Source: Octopus sinensis
Taxonomy: Eukaryota
Assembly: GCF_006345805.1 (NCBI RefSeq)
Contig: NC_043003.1
Coordinates: 68,882,001 to 68,946,000, forward strand
Reading direction: 5' to 3'
Length of the DNA stretch: 64,000 nucleotides
The notes below the pieces were generated by a model, which saw nothing but the letters and a program-made list of their open reading frames with translations, was not told the DNA's origin and did no database searches. A program made the position numbers and the translations under genes. Below, piece by piece: positions 23,374-36,659 of this stretch (positions are counted from its first letter, which is position 1; each line of letters begins with the position of its first letter).

Positions 23374-24697
23374 GCCAACCATTAGGTTTATCTCTCGGGG
23401 GATCAAATATGCAACGGTGTGGTTGCTATTTGATACCCCCGAAGAGGCTCGCAGATTCCTGGGCCAGCTACTGGGGGGCAGGAAAATATTGTTCCTTCCC
23501 ATTTATTGTGGAAAGAAGTTGACGAGGGCTTGGGTCTGCGGTTTGTCACCCAGAATTGAGCCCACGTGGATAGGGGATTCTATCCGCCGGGGTCTTGATG
23601 GCAACAGTATGTGAACATTTTGCCTGCGGCTGATTGGGAGGGGTCAAAAGCTGTTTTGAACCTATAGACCCAATCAGCTGTAAATCGGGTATTTCCAGAT
23701 TTTTTTAAGAATGGCCGGGTCTAGGTATCCGTTGATGCTTGAGGGATGCCCCCCACCCAAGTGTCACCTGTGCCTGGAACCGGGCCATATCAAAAAGAAC
23801 TGTCCTAAGGACCAAAATAAGGTCCTGGAGCAGTTGATAAAGATACCGCTCCCTGCTCCCTCTTTGGGGGGAGAGAAGGCGGAAGTCGAGGATGTGGAAA
23901 CCTCCTCAAAAAAAGGAAGAAAACGAAAAGTGGGCAACAATGGTTCCCCATCGAAGGATCCGAGGGTTGCAGGAGGGAGGGAGGATCTGCTGGACAAAGC
24001 AGAGAAACTCCACCCTCCCGTGGCTCAAAGGAAAAAAAAACAAAAAAGAAAATTGGGATATCGACGGCGGTTTGTGACACACTGCCGGCGTGTCCCGAAG
24101 CATCTTTGTTGGGAGTTGTGCCACCAAAGATGGAACTGTACACCCGCCCCTCCATGATGCAGAGGAGGAATTTGTTGTCCTCTTCTATAAGGGAGGAACA
24201 GTGGAATGCTTTGTCAAGAAGCTTAAAGTGAAGGGCCGAAGGGAGGGGATTCTGTCCTGCACAGAGGACCCTGACTAGCTTTCGATCTGTTCAGGATAAT
24301 GGAGTCCTTCCCCGAGGCTATCTTCAGATTTATGCTACATTGGCTCGGCTTGGCGCCGGCCAGGTGTTTAGCTGAGTGAGAAGTCTGGTTGGGCAGGAAG
24401 ACTATTTCATTGATTCATAAATGGACTTGTGTAAGAGGTTTATTGCCTCAAAATGGCTTTGTATGTCGTAAATGTAAGATATCTGTTGCCTCCTTAATGT
24501 GTTTTTGTAAGAGGTTTGTTGCCTCAAATATGTATTTATAAAGAACAATGTGCTCTGGTAAACAGTAATCTGTGGGCGTTTCTGTTGCCCTCATTATTAT
24601 CATATCATCTATCAACTCATCTCAATTTCTCCTTGTCCAGCCCACAGCCTCCTTTCTTTGTAAGGCACTTGTGGTCAATTTAATGAATAGAAGACGG
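23374..24697 (+). mobile_element. Tx1/L1-type ORF1 (gag-like) element without ORF2, inserted in a family-A SINE head
   Basis: FISRGIKYATVWLLFDTPEEA...LPIYCGKK...LEGCPPPKCHLCLEPGHIKKNCP (CX2CX4HX4C). The SINE starts at 23331-23373 and resumes at ~24698. Confidence 0.75.
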
Positions 24698-25040
24698 TTG
24701 CTTCCTAACCACAGGGTTCCGAGTTCAGTCCCACTGCGTGGAACATTGGGTGTTTTCTTCTATAGCCTCGGACCGAATACAGCTTTTTGAGTGGATTTTC
24801 TTGACGGAATCTGAAAGATTCCGTCGTGTGTGTGTGTGCGTGATTGTGCCCCACCACCGTATTCCAACCGGTGTTTGTTTGCATCCCTGTTACGTAGCAG
24901 TTCGGCAAAAAGTAACCGCTATAATAAATACGGGGCTCTAAAAGCAAGTAAGTACAGAGGTCGGTTCATTCGACTGAATATGTTCATCCATGTGCTGCCC
25001 CAACATGGCCGCACTCTACTGACTGCAACAAGTAAAGTAT
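24698..25040 (+). mobile_element. Remainder of the split family-A SINE
   Basis: ttgcttcctaaccacagggttccgagttcagtcccactgcgtgg...gactgcaacaagtaaag. Confidence 0.8.
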
Positions 25041-25099
25041 GATTCCAGATCCGGTCATCGCAGCGACACCACTTGAAGTGTAACGATTCTACTGACTCT

Positions 25100-25255
25100 T
25101 TCGCCACAACTTTCTCTCACTCTTTCCTCCTGTATCTAGCAACTCACCTGTGACGGACCGGCGTCCCATCCAGGTGGGGAACCTATACGCCATTGAAACC
25201 GGGAAACCGGCTCTTATGAGCTACGTATGGCTCGAGAAGGAACAAACAACAAACA
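25100..25255 (+). mobile_element. SINE V-like tail fragment
   Basis: cctgtgacggaccggcgtcccatccagg...gaaaccgggaaaccgg, shared with the 18225 and 46830 copies. Confidence 0.65.
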
Positions 25256-25257
25256 AC

Positions 25258-25395
25258 ATATATATTTAAATGATAAACATCTGGAAAGTTTTACAGACTT
25301 TTACAGGGAGGGATTGGATTTGTAGTCCTCGAATTGCTTTCTCCTTTCTGGTTTTGAGAAGCCTAGTTTCTCAAGATTGTTATTTAGGCAGTGTG
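25258..25395 (-). mobile_element. Dong/R4 ORF C-terminal fragment
   Basis: Reverse complement of sequence homologous to 2410-2545. Confidence 0.7.
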
Positions 25396-26271
25396 TATGC
25401 ATGTATGCATGTACGACCTTATTTACATATTAAGTTTTATATGAACCATTGGGTTGGAATGAAATCGACACCTTATTCAATTTCCGTTGTAATTTTCTTT
25501 TCATTTTGTTTTTTGGTTTCTGAATCTTTGAATCTAGAAGATGTCTTATCCTAAAGGCCTTCTGATTAGGAATACTAACATGAACATAAACTGTAAACAT
25601 AACGTAGTCAAACGAAAATAACGTAGCCAAACGAAAATATCCTTTTTTTTGCGTTGTTTTATATGTTACCGAAAATACACTGTTATTTTTTTCTGATACA
25701 CATCGTTATCTCTATAAATTCAAGTAACTTCTCCATTTCTATATTTGACATTTTACAATGTCAAGTATACAAGTATACTTGGCATTTTACAAGTCGAAAA
25801 CAACAGCCATATTCGGTGCAGATAACACGTGACCAAACATAATTTATTTACCTCCCCTTTCAGATGTCTATATGTACAGCTTATGATACCGGATCACTAA
25901 ACTGCATTACCCACTAACCGGCTACTACCGACATTTATGTTCCGGCCAAATGAGAGGAGTTTATAATAAAAGTACTCTTTTGCTTGAGTTTTCAATCAAA
26001 ACTTATCTTCTAGCAGTTTAAGCAAACAAACAAGTTATATGGAAATTACAGGTATGACACCGACTTTCCGGACACTCTGGATCCAGAAACCTATGTAATC
26101 TGTACAAATTTAAGAATGGGAACGTGAATTCCCGTGGCCTTCCAGACTAGTTTACTGGTACCTTGCACAAACTAGAACCCTTCATAGTACAGTATTAATA
26201 AAATTGTATCATTTATACTAAAGTACAAGTACCTTTATTTCATTTAACTATTTTGGTAAATTTAATATTTG

Positions 26272-26658
26272 GGATCTTTTCGGTTTGAACGGCATTTTTA
26301 AAAATAATTTCTAAGTAACTAAAAAATTTTAAACTTCGTATACTGGTAGAATGTGTTTATAAAACATCTTTTTCTCTTGGCTTTATTGAGAAAATTCTAT
26401 AGTTTGTAAGATATTTGTTGTTTTTCTTTTCTTCAATTTCTGCAATTTCAACCAATCAATGACCGTCTATTGAGGGGAAAACATTCTGTGCCGTATGAAT
26501 ATGTCCCTCATTTAAGAAACAGATTGGATTTATTTACATTTCTGAAGAAAAAAGATACCCTCCCCCCACTCCTAACCCTAACCCTAACCCTAAAACACAT
26601 TGAAATGCAATAGATCGATACTAGGGTCATAATTATGCCGTTCAAACCGAAAAGATCC
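26272..26658. mobile_element. MITE with 22-bp perfect TIR, 8-bp TSD and internal (CCCTAA)n
   Basis: ggatcttttcggtttgaacggca / tgccgttcaaaccgaaaagatcc; flanks aatatttg / aatttttg. Confidence 0.85.
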
Positions 26659-27490
26659 AATTTTTGTTTATTTAGTGCGTTTTGTTCAACATGAACACCG
26701 CTGGTTCGGTTAAAAAACAAGAGAAAGGCTTTGGAACCAAAGTTTCCAAAAAATTGATGTGCCTCTATTACCGCTGTTAAATTGTACCGTAAATGGACAT
26801 CCAGTCGTTCGTTGTATAAGAATTTTACATCAACTCCAAGTACTACTTTATAGAGCAGGATTCATGACAGACGAACTGTAGACAGGAACTTTGCTGCGGG
26901 CTAGCTAGGGAGTTGGTCTGCAGCGAAGTGGACTTCCGGACAGACACTGGAAACAAAACAATGTTAGCAGTGAACGGTAAATGAATCTGAATTAATTAAA
27001 CAGAAATAACTGGCGACTTAAGCCCTGATGTAAGTAAAGCAATAAACCTTTAATAGTTATAGTCTCGTCTCCACTGATTTGTTTGTGTATAGCTTAACAA
27101 AGCTATAGCTTGCCATATCATTTTATTCATTTTTCGTTTAAATAAGATATCACTCAAATCACGCCTCATCAGTTTTACTATCGGATTAGAATGTTTCAAA
27201 CAGCAAGAACATATAAATAGATGAGTTTCGGGCGACACCATTTTACATGTTTCAGTCACAGTATTGAAAGATTGGTTCGAACAATTCGGCCCTAGTACGT
27301 GTCCTTTTGAAAGTTTGATACTTATTTTCTTCGTTACATTTGTCGAAACGCTAGGTTACGGGCAAGTAAAAAACAAACCAACACCTATTGCCAAGTATTG
27401 GTAGAAGATAAAGAAACATACGCACGCATACACACACACACACATACACACACACACACACACCACACACACACACACACACACCACACA

Positions 27491-27581
<91 letters not shown>

Positions 27582-27584
<3 letters not shown>

Positions 27585-27892
27585 GTACCGAATCTTATCC
27601 ATCAATCTTGAGACCGAAGGTGTCCGGATTTCTGAGCACAGGCTACATAATACAGAAAATGTAAAATAAACAACGAAAAGTAAAGAACATAATTATATAA
27701 CATATACAAATTAATACATTTCTAAAGCAGTCACACAGGAATTGGCGTCGTGTGGCGCATGCGCCATGGAAACCAAAACAAACTGGTTGCGCTGCGAACT
27801 ACTACAGCCTGTGAAATTCAAAGCTAGCCAGTTTCAAAAGTAGCCGGATTTCTGGTAATTCTGGATTCCGGATGAGTGGTTCGGTGCCTCTG
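27582..27892. mobile_element. Pogo/Tigger-like MITE in (TA)n
   Basis: Imperfect TIR caggtaccgaatc / ggttcggtgcctctg, with subterminal tccgga repeats. Confidence 0.5.
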
Positions 27893-27894
27893 TG

Positions 27895-27942
<48 letters not shown>

Positions 27943-27944
27943 AC

Positions 27945-28112
27945 TACCTCCCTCACAGTTTCCCTATACAAAATTGACTCACGAGGCATTAGTCGGCTGC
28001 TCACTCTGGTATAAGACACTTGGCACTTGCCCAGTGTGCTGTGCAGTGGGAGTGAGCTTAAAACCATATGGTTACAAAGCGCATTTCTTAACCACACAGC
28101 CGTCTATGCGCC
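27945..28112 (-). mobile_element. Family-A SINE head (diverged)
   Basis: tttcttaaccacacagccgtctatgcgcc at the 5' end on the minus strand. Confidence 0.7.
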
Positions 28113-29919
28113 CATATAAAACATTGTTCTAAGTCTATTAAAGTCTGGCGGAAACAATACTGATTTAGTCATCAATTTCAAAGTTAAAATCAAATTTATA
28201 TTCATTTCTAAATAATCCACTATTGAAAGAATTATCGTCGCTGTGAAGAGATTTAGCGTAGTTTTAGTTATTGATTTTATTTCAATTATATTTTTTTCTT
28301 CCAAATCTTAATTATTAATATGATATAAATTACATTTCAGCAAAAGCTAGTGTTATTAAAGAAATCTTATATTTATAGGGTATTTGTAATTTGCATGCCT
28401 GAATAAATGGCACTGTGTATCTTATTAAACACTCACAGCACACCAGAGAAACTGAAATATCAAAATAATTCGACTTTACCGAGTTTCTTTGAAAGTTGAA
28501 AATTCTCGATCCAAATCGTAGAGAATGGTTCAACAAAGATAAAGCAAGTAGGAAATTCTATTAAATTCAATAGGTTTATTTTACTGTAAAGTTACGATGG
28601 TTTGGAATCTAGGAAATATTAAATTAAACCAATTTTGTTAACATTGCAGATGATGCGATTCGTTTAAGTAAACAAAAGCTGAGAGATATCAAACCAATGC
28701 CAATAGAAATAATTGAGGACCTTTGGGAAAACTTATGACATTTTCATTCTTTATTGACAATAACCGAATTATAGGTTTCTGAAGAATTTGCTAGAGCAGA
28801 TTCTAGAGGTTTAACAAATTAAGTCCCATGGGCTGCGATTCACAAATTCGTTAGAAAAAGATTATACAACAATTTTGCTTTGGCTTTTAGGGGAGGGAGG
28901 AGTTCGTCTTTTTTTGCTTTTTATTCTCTTCAAAAACTGCGATAGTATTGCGTTCGAATCTCTTGCCTGCATGAAAGCTGTGAATATCTATTTATAAAAG
29001 CGGAAATAGTTTACTAACAAATGAGATATGTTACGTAGACAGATGGAAAATTCCATAATGTTTAAAATAGATATCTATGTATCATACTTAATGTATATAC
29101 ACTGTTTATAGGCCAGTTACTGCAGTATTTATGATGAGATAGACTCTACAATGAATTTACTATAGTTGAAAACACAATATATATCAGCGAGAGACGAACA
29201 TTCATTACAGTAGCGGAGAGCAAAAGTGCCAGATGCATTTCAGTATTTTCGGGGCATTCAATGGTGGGTACTCACAGCCAGCGAGATGCATGGTTGAGAA
29301 CTCATCTCCTCTAATATAAGAAGAGTCAACAAAAGATTTACTGATGTTGCAGACAGTCAGCCAGCTGTTTAAAAATCAGGTATACGTAATGGCAGTAGTA
29401 TTTAATAAAGTATCATACTTACTATATGCAAACTGTCAATAGGCGACTTACTGCGGTTTTTATTCTCAGATAACATTCGGAGTGTTTGTTTGGTTATATT
29501 ATTACGAAAGGCGTGGAACGTTTACAGTATATTATAATCACTTCAACATAGCATGTTGTTCTGAAAGCACCACAAGAATAGAAGATAGCATCATTCTCAA
29601 ACTTTGAAGGTTGGAATTATATTGTTTTTTTTTTAATAACTTCAAACGGAGGAAGGAGGCTTCTATATGGTCGATCGACTTTCTAAAAATTATAGCTAAA
29701 TATCAATTACGTGTTACGCACAACAGTCATATGAAATTAACAGTCACATAGGACACTGTGGACCTTCAAACAATTGTAGAAAGGAAAGATGGGACGATCA
29801 CGTCTAGCATCGGGGTCCAGTTGGAGCTAAATAGTAATGTGTGTGGGTGTATGTGAGTGTGTGGGTGTATGTGAGTGTGTGCGGCTTGTGTGCGTGTATG
29901 TGTAGGTATATATATATAT

Positions 29920-30235
29920 TCTTTTATTCTTTTACTTGTTTCAGTCATTCGACTGCGGTCATACTGGAGCACCGCCTTTAGTCGAACAAATCGACCACAA
30001 GACTTTGTAAGCGTGGTACTTATTCTATCGGACTCTTTTGCAGAGCCGCTCAATTACGGGGATATAAACACACCAACATCGGTTGTCAAGCGATGGTGGG
30101 GCGACAAACACAGATACACAAGCACAGACACACAAACACACACACACACATACATACGACGGGCTTCTTTCAATTTCCGCCTACCAAATCTACTCACAAG
30201 GCTCTGTTCGGCCTGAGGCTATAGTAGGAGACGCT
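29920..30235 (-). mobile_element. Family-A SINE (5'-truncated)
   Basis: ttttacttgtttcagtcattcgactgcggtcatactggagcaccgcc...cgacgggcttctttc. Confidence 0.8.
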
Positions 30236-30630
30236 CTCTTAAACACACACATAATCAGACACATATATAAATGTCTACAAACGTACATACAAAAAACACG
30301 TGTGTGTGTATGTGTGTGTGTGCGTGTGAGAGTGAGAGAGAGAAGGAAGGGAAGAGAGAACATTGCTAACAATGAACGAAATAAACATGAACCGAAAAAA
30401 TCGTATAAATAAAAGCTTCTACCGAATATTTAAATTTGTGAACTTAGTAAATATTTTTTTCAGTAATTTATGGTAGTTATTTTCAAATAGCAAATTAAAA
30501 CTTGGAATGAAAACATTAAAATAGAGAGTGAGAGTTTTGCAAATGAAAACGAAAATTTTCGCCGTTACTACGTCGGTACTTGAGGTTGACATTGAGAAAC
30601 CTTTGTCAAGAAACGAATCATAAATATAAA

Positions 30631-30968
30631 GGCGCATGGCTCAGTGGTTAGAGCGTCGAGCTTACGATCGTGAGGTTGTGAGCTCGAATCCCGGACCGGG
30701 CTGCGTGTTGTGTTCTTGAGCAAGGCACTTTATTTCACGTTGCTCCAGTTCACTCAACTGTAGAAATGAGTTGCGACGTCACAGGTGCCAAGCTGTATCG
30801 GCCTTTGTCTTTCCCTTGGATAACACTGGTGGCGTGGAGAGGGGAGGCTGGTATGCATGGGCGACTGCTGGTCTTCCATAAACAACCTTGCCCGGACTTG
30901 TGTCTAGGAGGGTAACTTTCTAGGTGCAATCCCATGGTCATTCATGACCGAAGGGGGTCTTTACCCTT
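30631..30968 (+). mobile_element. Family-C SINE, full length
   Basis: A-box ggctcagtggttagagc, B-box gctcgaatccc, gtgttgtgttcttgagcaaggcacttt core, tail ending tttaccctt. Confidence 0.85.
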
Positions 30969-31014
30969 TATATATATGTATATATATATATATGTATGTA
31001 TGTATATACATATG

Positions 31015-31175
31015 AGGGGATTCTTTCAGACTCCGTCTACCAAATCTACTCAGAAGCCTTTGGTCAGCCCGAGGGTATATTAGAATACACCTGCCCAAGG
31101 TGTCACGCAGTGGGATTGAATCCCAAGCCATGTGGTTGGGAAGTAAGCTTCTTACCACGCTGCCACGCCTGCGCC
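31015..31175 (-). mobile_element. Family-A SINE head
   Basis: Matches the family-A consensus on the minus strand. Confidence 0.8.
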
Positions 31176-31264
31176 GAACACATATCTGTTTCCTTTTACT
31201 GGTTTCAACCAGAGGCTGAGACCATGCTCGAGTACTGCCTTTCAGTGTAACTAGGTTTGTTTCC

Positions 31265-31900
31265 TGTACATTTTCTGGTGAAGTAGTGAGTTGGACGGAG
31301 CTGCTGTTTTCCGTACCTCCTGCCGTGAAGTGGGTTCATCTGATATCTAAGAAGAAAATTTGTCTAGATGCTCCCTGAAAACCTCCACATCTACAACTCG
31401 CAAATATCTGAGGCTATTTAGGAGAATGTTGAAAAGTTGTGTGGATCCTTGAAACCCAAGCTTTTACAGTATTGTGTCCTTATCCTAGATGAAGAAGACG
31501 GGATCTTTGGTATAATGCAGTGCTATCCCGTCCCGTGGTTGTTATAGCTTTCAATTTCAAAATTTGGAGCGAGACCTTCCAGGATCTTCCATATGTATAT
31601 CACTACATATCTTTTACCCCGCTTCTCTTTAGGAAGCAGAGCTTCAGTTCATTTAACCTCTCCTAATAGCTCACCAGCTTCATCGAGTTAATCTTCTTTG
31701 TGTAATGGCGCTAGATTGCCTCAAGTCCCGCCAGCAGCTTGGCAGTCTATGGTTACCACAGTTGGGAGCAGTAATCCAGACGGCTTAGAACGAAAGTTCT
31801 CCATATGAGTGGTATGGTATCTTTTGTTCAGGTTCTGAATCATCTCAGAATCCATTCAGCTACTCGTCTGAAGAGTATTGCTATCTTGGTAATAGGCACA
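31265..31900 (-). mobile_element. CR1-group LINE RT C-terminus
   Basis: WILR.FRT..LIWRTFVLSRLDYCSQLW..LEAI.RHYTKKI..Y.ERL..IYIWKILEGLAPNF. Confidence 0.8.
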
Positions 31901-32143
31901 GCGATTACTGCATGATTTGTTTTACACTAGTTGAACGCGTTACAAAAGGCGGCGAGCTTGCAGAAACGTTAGTAAGCCGCTGTTGACAGTGACTTCTAAG
32001 TTTCGGCCAGGTAAGCCATATACATATAGGTAATATATTTGTATACAACCACAAGGACAAGAGCTATGTGTAATGAATATGTATTTATTTAAACGCGTGA
32101 CTTCCATAAGATTGCGGCCGTTTCGTAACCTTCTTATTCATTC

Positions 32144-32244
<101 letters not shown>

Positions 32245-32368
32245 TGTTTCTTTATTAGCCACACAGGGCTGCACACAGACAGGACAAATTACAAGGTAGA
32301 GCTTTTCTTTTGGGGGTAAAAAAGGGAGTTTGGTTTTCGATCAAAAGGGATCGTAAAAGGAAAGAAAG

Positions 32369-32369
<1 letters not shown>
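32245..32369 (-). mobile_element. 5'-truncated 3' end of the (GATA)n-embedded Tx1-like element
   Basis: Homologous to 34261-34390, same gata|tgtttctttatta junction, (GATA)n on both sides. Confidence 0.85.
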
Positions 32370-32409
<40 letters not shown>

Positions 32410-33558
32410 TGTCCATATATATATATATGTGTGTGCGTGTGTGTGTGTGTGAGTGTGTGTGTGTGTGTACGTGTATGTGTGTAAGTATCGTACGTATAAA
32501 TATGTATTTTGGTAGAAACATACATAGGTAGATATAGACATGTAGACATGTAGACATATACAAAACATAAGAATACACACAAAACGACTAATACATAAGT
32601 GTGAGTGCGTATGTGTGTGTATGTGTATATGTGTGTGAGCGTGTGTTTGTAAGGATACGCAAACATATATATATACATATATATATATTTATGTAAGTAT
32701 ATATGTATGCATGCATGCATGTATGAATGTATACACACCTATTTCTGAATGCGTCTATTTTCAATCAAAGCCCAAAAAAAGGTAGGTGCAGAGATAATGT
32801 CAACTTCGAGATGGAAAAACGATCGTTTTGATTGTTGAGGAGATGCCGTTGAGGAGGTAAATAAAGAAGCTGGAGTGGATATCGAACGATAGGGAATTAT
32901 ATGCCGTGTGAAGAAAGTAAAAAGGGGAGGGACTTAAATAATGGATTGATTGGTTGATTGATTAATTGATTTATTGATTAATTAATTGATTGGCTGGTTG
33001 GTTGGTTGGTTGTTTCATTCGTTCGTTGTTAATTTTGTGAGAGAAAAATTGAAATCATAAGAAAGAAAAAAAGTAAAGATATATAAAATGCATAAGTAAA
33101 AGAAAGAGAGGAAAAGGAATTGAGAAACGATGAATTTTAGTGGTTCGATATGAGGTTGGGACCAATATATTGATTGGCTAATGAAATATCAAATCACTCG
33201 AATACAAGAATGGTAGTGATCTGAAGCGGAAATACTGAGTTCTGTAAAAATATTAAAAATCTTAAAAGTGACGTTCGTGTACCATGAAGAGAAGTATATT
33301 CAGCGGCTGAGGCTGGGTTCTTCATGAGATATATTGAAATGTTTTGATAGAATGGTAGCAAATATAATATCGTTAGTGAAACTCTGCTACAGAAATAAAC
33401 ATAATAAAATATCAACAGCTCACGCCATGTAGAATATATTTATAGAAATATATTGTTTTTCTCAACACAATTCTTTTCATTCTTCTGAGAAGTAAACAAC
33501 TTTACACAACCAAACAATAATATATATACAAACACACATATATATATATATATATTAT

Positions 33559-33616
<58 letters not shown>

Positions 33617-34091
33617 ATATACATATATACATACACACACACACACAAGCCTACACGCACAATGAGATAGCAATGCTAATTTCTCTGGCGAGGGAATAAA
33701 AATGAAACATAAGATCGTATGATACAATACACTGTGTAATGGTGGGATTTTTAATTTTATTTTTTTCAATTATATGTTTATTCAAGAAACTTTTAATACG
33801 GATCTCTGAAATGTGTAATGTGTATGCATGTGTGTTTGTGCGAATATTTATTATGAATGTATACAAAACTACGCATGTTTATATGTACTTTATATATACA
33901 TTATACATATATATTATATTATATTATATATCATGTATGCATTCAAACACATACATACAATATATGGTCATATATAACCTATGTATGGATATATAACGTA
34001 TGTATGTATGTATCTATGTATATATGTATGTATGTTTGTATGTATGTATACAGATATCTAGCAAGCCAGATAGATAGACAGATAGATAGAC

Positions 34092-34260
<169 letters not shown>

Positions 34261-35946
34261 TGTTTCTTTATTAACCACACATGGCTGCACACAGACGGGG
34301 CAGATTACAAAGTAGAGCTTTTCTTTATGGGGAGAAAAGAGGAAGAAAAAAAAGAGTGGGGTAGGTTTTCGATCAAAAGGGATCGTAAATGTGAGAGAAT
34401 AAAAAGAAAGAAAAGAAAGAAGCGACCAATAGGGATCGTGTATTAGAGAAATTCCATGATGTAAAGTGTAAAGGGGGAAGCAGATAGGGTTTATCCGTGG
34501 AGAGAAAAACCTACAGAAAAGACCACGATAACCTCGTTCAATAATGTCACCTATTAACACATTTGTTTGCAAGTAGGTAACCCTCTGTTTAAAATTTTTC
34601 CGGGTTCATAGGATTATGCTCAAGGTAGCTTCGTCATTCATACGTGCCATCCTTGCTACATTCACCCATCTTTTTTTTTAAAACATTCGCAAAGACAAAA
34701 CTTGCCTCTACTCTCACTTTCCTTTTCAAGTGATACTTGAAGAAGTTGATGAGAGATTGACCAGAGAGGAAAGTGTTTGTCTCCGTTCCTTTCAGACGCG
34801 TCTACAAGATACATTCTTTCGCCATGGCCACAAGAATAATGAAAATAGTTCTTCCTTCCCGTTTGAAGGAAGCAGGCGTGACATTATTGACGATAGACTC
34901 GGCTGATAAACCGACTCGTCCCACGCGTGACAGCAGTCATTCGACTGCTCTTGTGGCTTTTGTTGTGCAGTAGTTGGACACTTCTTTTTCAAATGTGTCT
35001 TGCTTCCGCACAGATAGCAACGTGGTCGCCTGCCCTCTACCACTACATAGAGTTTGTAGCCTTCTGGCAGTTCTATAGTGGTGGGTATATTTTCTCTTGT
35101 TGTTTCATCCAATTGAAGGAGTAATTGGAGTGATTTTCCCACCCGGTTTTGCTGTTCTAGAACGGCGATTTCAAGAATGTTTGTCTCTACCATTTCAAAG
35201 CAGATGGCAGAGACTAACCATTGTATTTCTACTTTAGGTGGTACATTTTTTATTGTGATTTTCGTCACCCTCTGGCCTAGATAAGTTGGTATCATCACCA
35301 AGTCATATGTATGCAGATCCAATGTGGAAAATCGTTTCGCTAGATTTTCATTGTAGCAACGTACTTGGACTGTGCCAAACTTATGCCACCGACTAACGTA
35401 TTCCTTCGAATCCCATACAGGGCGATGGCATTTTTCGATTTTTTTCTGCGGTGCACTTTCTGGTCGTCTTGTATTCTTATTGATAACCCTGCATATTATT
35501 GTTTTTTGTTGTGTGTGTATTTTCCACGAGGAGTTGTGGAATGTGGAGATGCAAATTATATCCTTCTTTGGTGAGAAGTGCCTTTGTGTTGTTTATTTCT
35601 TGTGCGGTGAATTTGATAATTGTTCTCTTTTGTTTTATCGCTTCCGCAAAGTTTGTTTTCTTTTTGGTGGTGTTAGGGGCAGAGGAGTTAGTTGTAGCAG
35701 TTGAAGTCGTGGTACTAGTCTTGATGTTGACGGTGCTGTCTTCGGTGGGCGGCTTTGTGCTGATTTCGTTGTTGTTGTTGTTGGTAGTGATGGTAGTGGT
35801 GGTACTGGCATTCATGTTTGCGTCTGTATTCGTTTGTTTTGAAATCCCTTTCTCCGTCCTTCTTTCATCGACAAGTGGTGTAGGGAGTGGGGTAAAATCT
35901 AAGTTAATGTCTTTGGTGGCGGCGATGGTGAATGGCCTTGCGATGT
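34261..35946 (-). mobile_element. Tx1-like non-LTR element, ORF1 plus ORF2 C-terminal stub, within (GATA)n
   Basis: ORF1 with IPTYLGQRVTKITIKNVPP...VEGRRPRCYLCGSKTHLKKKC; stub FIILVAMAKECIL*TRLKG...KRWVNVARM; AATAAA then (TATC)n. Confidence 0.8.
34960..35940 (-). pseudogene. Gag-like ORF1 with CCHC zinc knuckle, frameshifted
   Basis: ORFs 35477-36202 (T/N-rich N-terminus, NFAEAIK) and 34792-35322. Confidence 0.75.
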
Positions 35947-35961
35947 GATAGATATATATAT

Positions 35962-36108
<147 letters not shown>

Positions 36109-36659
36109 CATACATACATACATACATACATATAATGTCTATGTTTGTATGTATAACACGCAGGGGGCTGATAGCTAGGGACACACACACACGTATACAC
36201 ATACATACGACGTATATATGTGTGTGTGTGATCTCGTCCGTATGTGTGTATCTGTATATATATATATATATATAGATAGATAGATGTGGTGGGGGTGAGT
36301 GTCTGTAGACAGTCTATCTCTAACATTATCCGATCAACCTCACTTTTTTAATATTTTTATATAGCCTCTTATATTTTCCTTCTTTCGTCACTAGTGTATC
36401 TGGTCAATTCTTGCTGGCTTTTTTCTCTTTACTTTTTGTATAACCTATACAGTTTTTTTGGCTGTCTATGCCAAACGTACAGAGGCATAGAGACACGATG
36501 TACAGTCGCAGATAAACACAATACGTGTAGGACAGCGCAAAAAGCAGACAATGACGCCAACAACAGGACTGGAAAGAAAAGAAGAAAACACACACACGTA
36601 TGAGTTTGTATGCTTATTTGAATATTCGAGAGATAAGTGTATAATACAATATATTTCTA

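Noticed and set aside
26048-26990. Tigger-like host element around the 26272 MITE
   Set aside because: A left end (tacaggtatgacaccgactttccgga) is suggestive, but I could not find a matching right TIR.
28600-29400. Exon-like or hAT-dimerisation-like stretches (SERRTFITV)
   Set aside because: No sustained ORF or diagnostic motif.
30631-30705. tRNA-like sequences (also at 43325, 37062, 7299)
   Set aside because: They continue into multi-copy SINE bodies and lack proper cloverleaf and acceptor stems; SINE heads, not tRNA genes.
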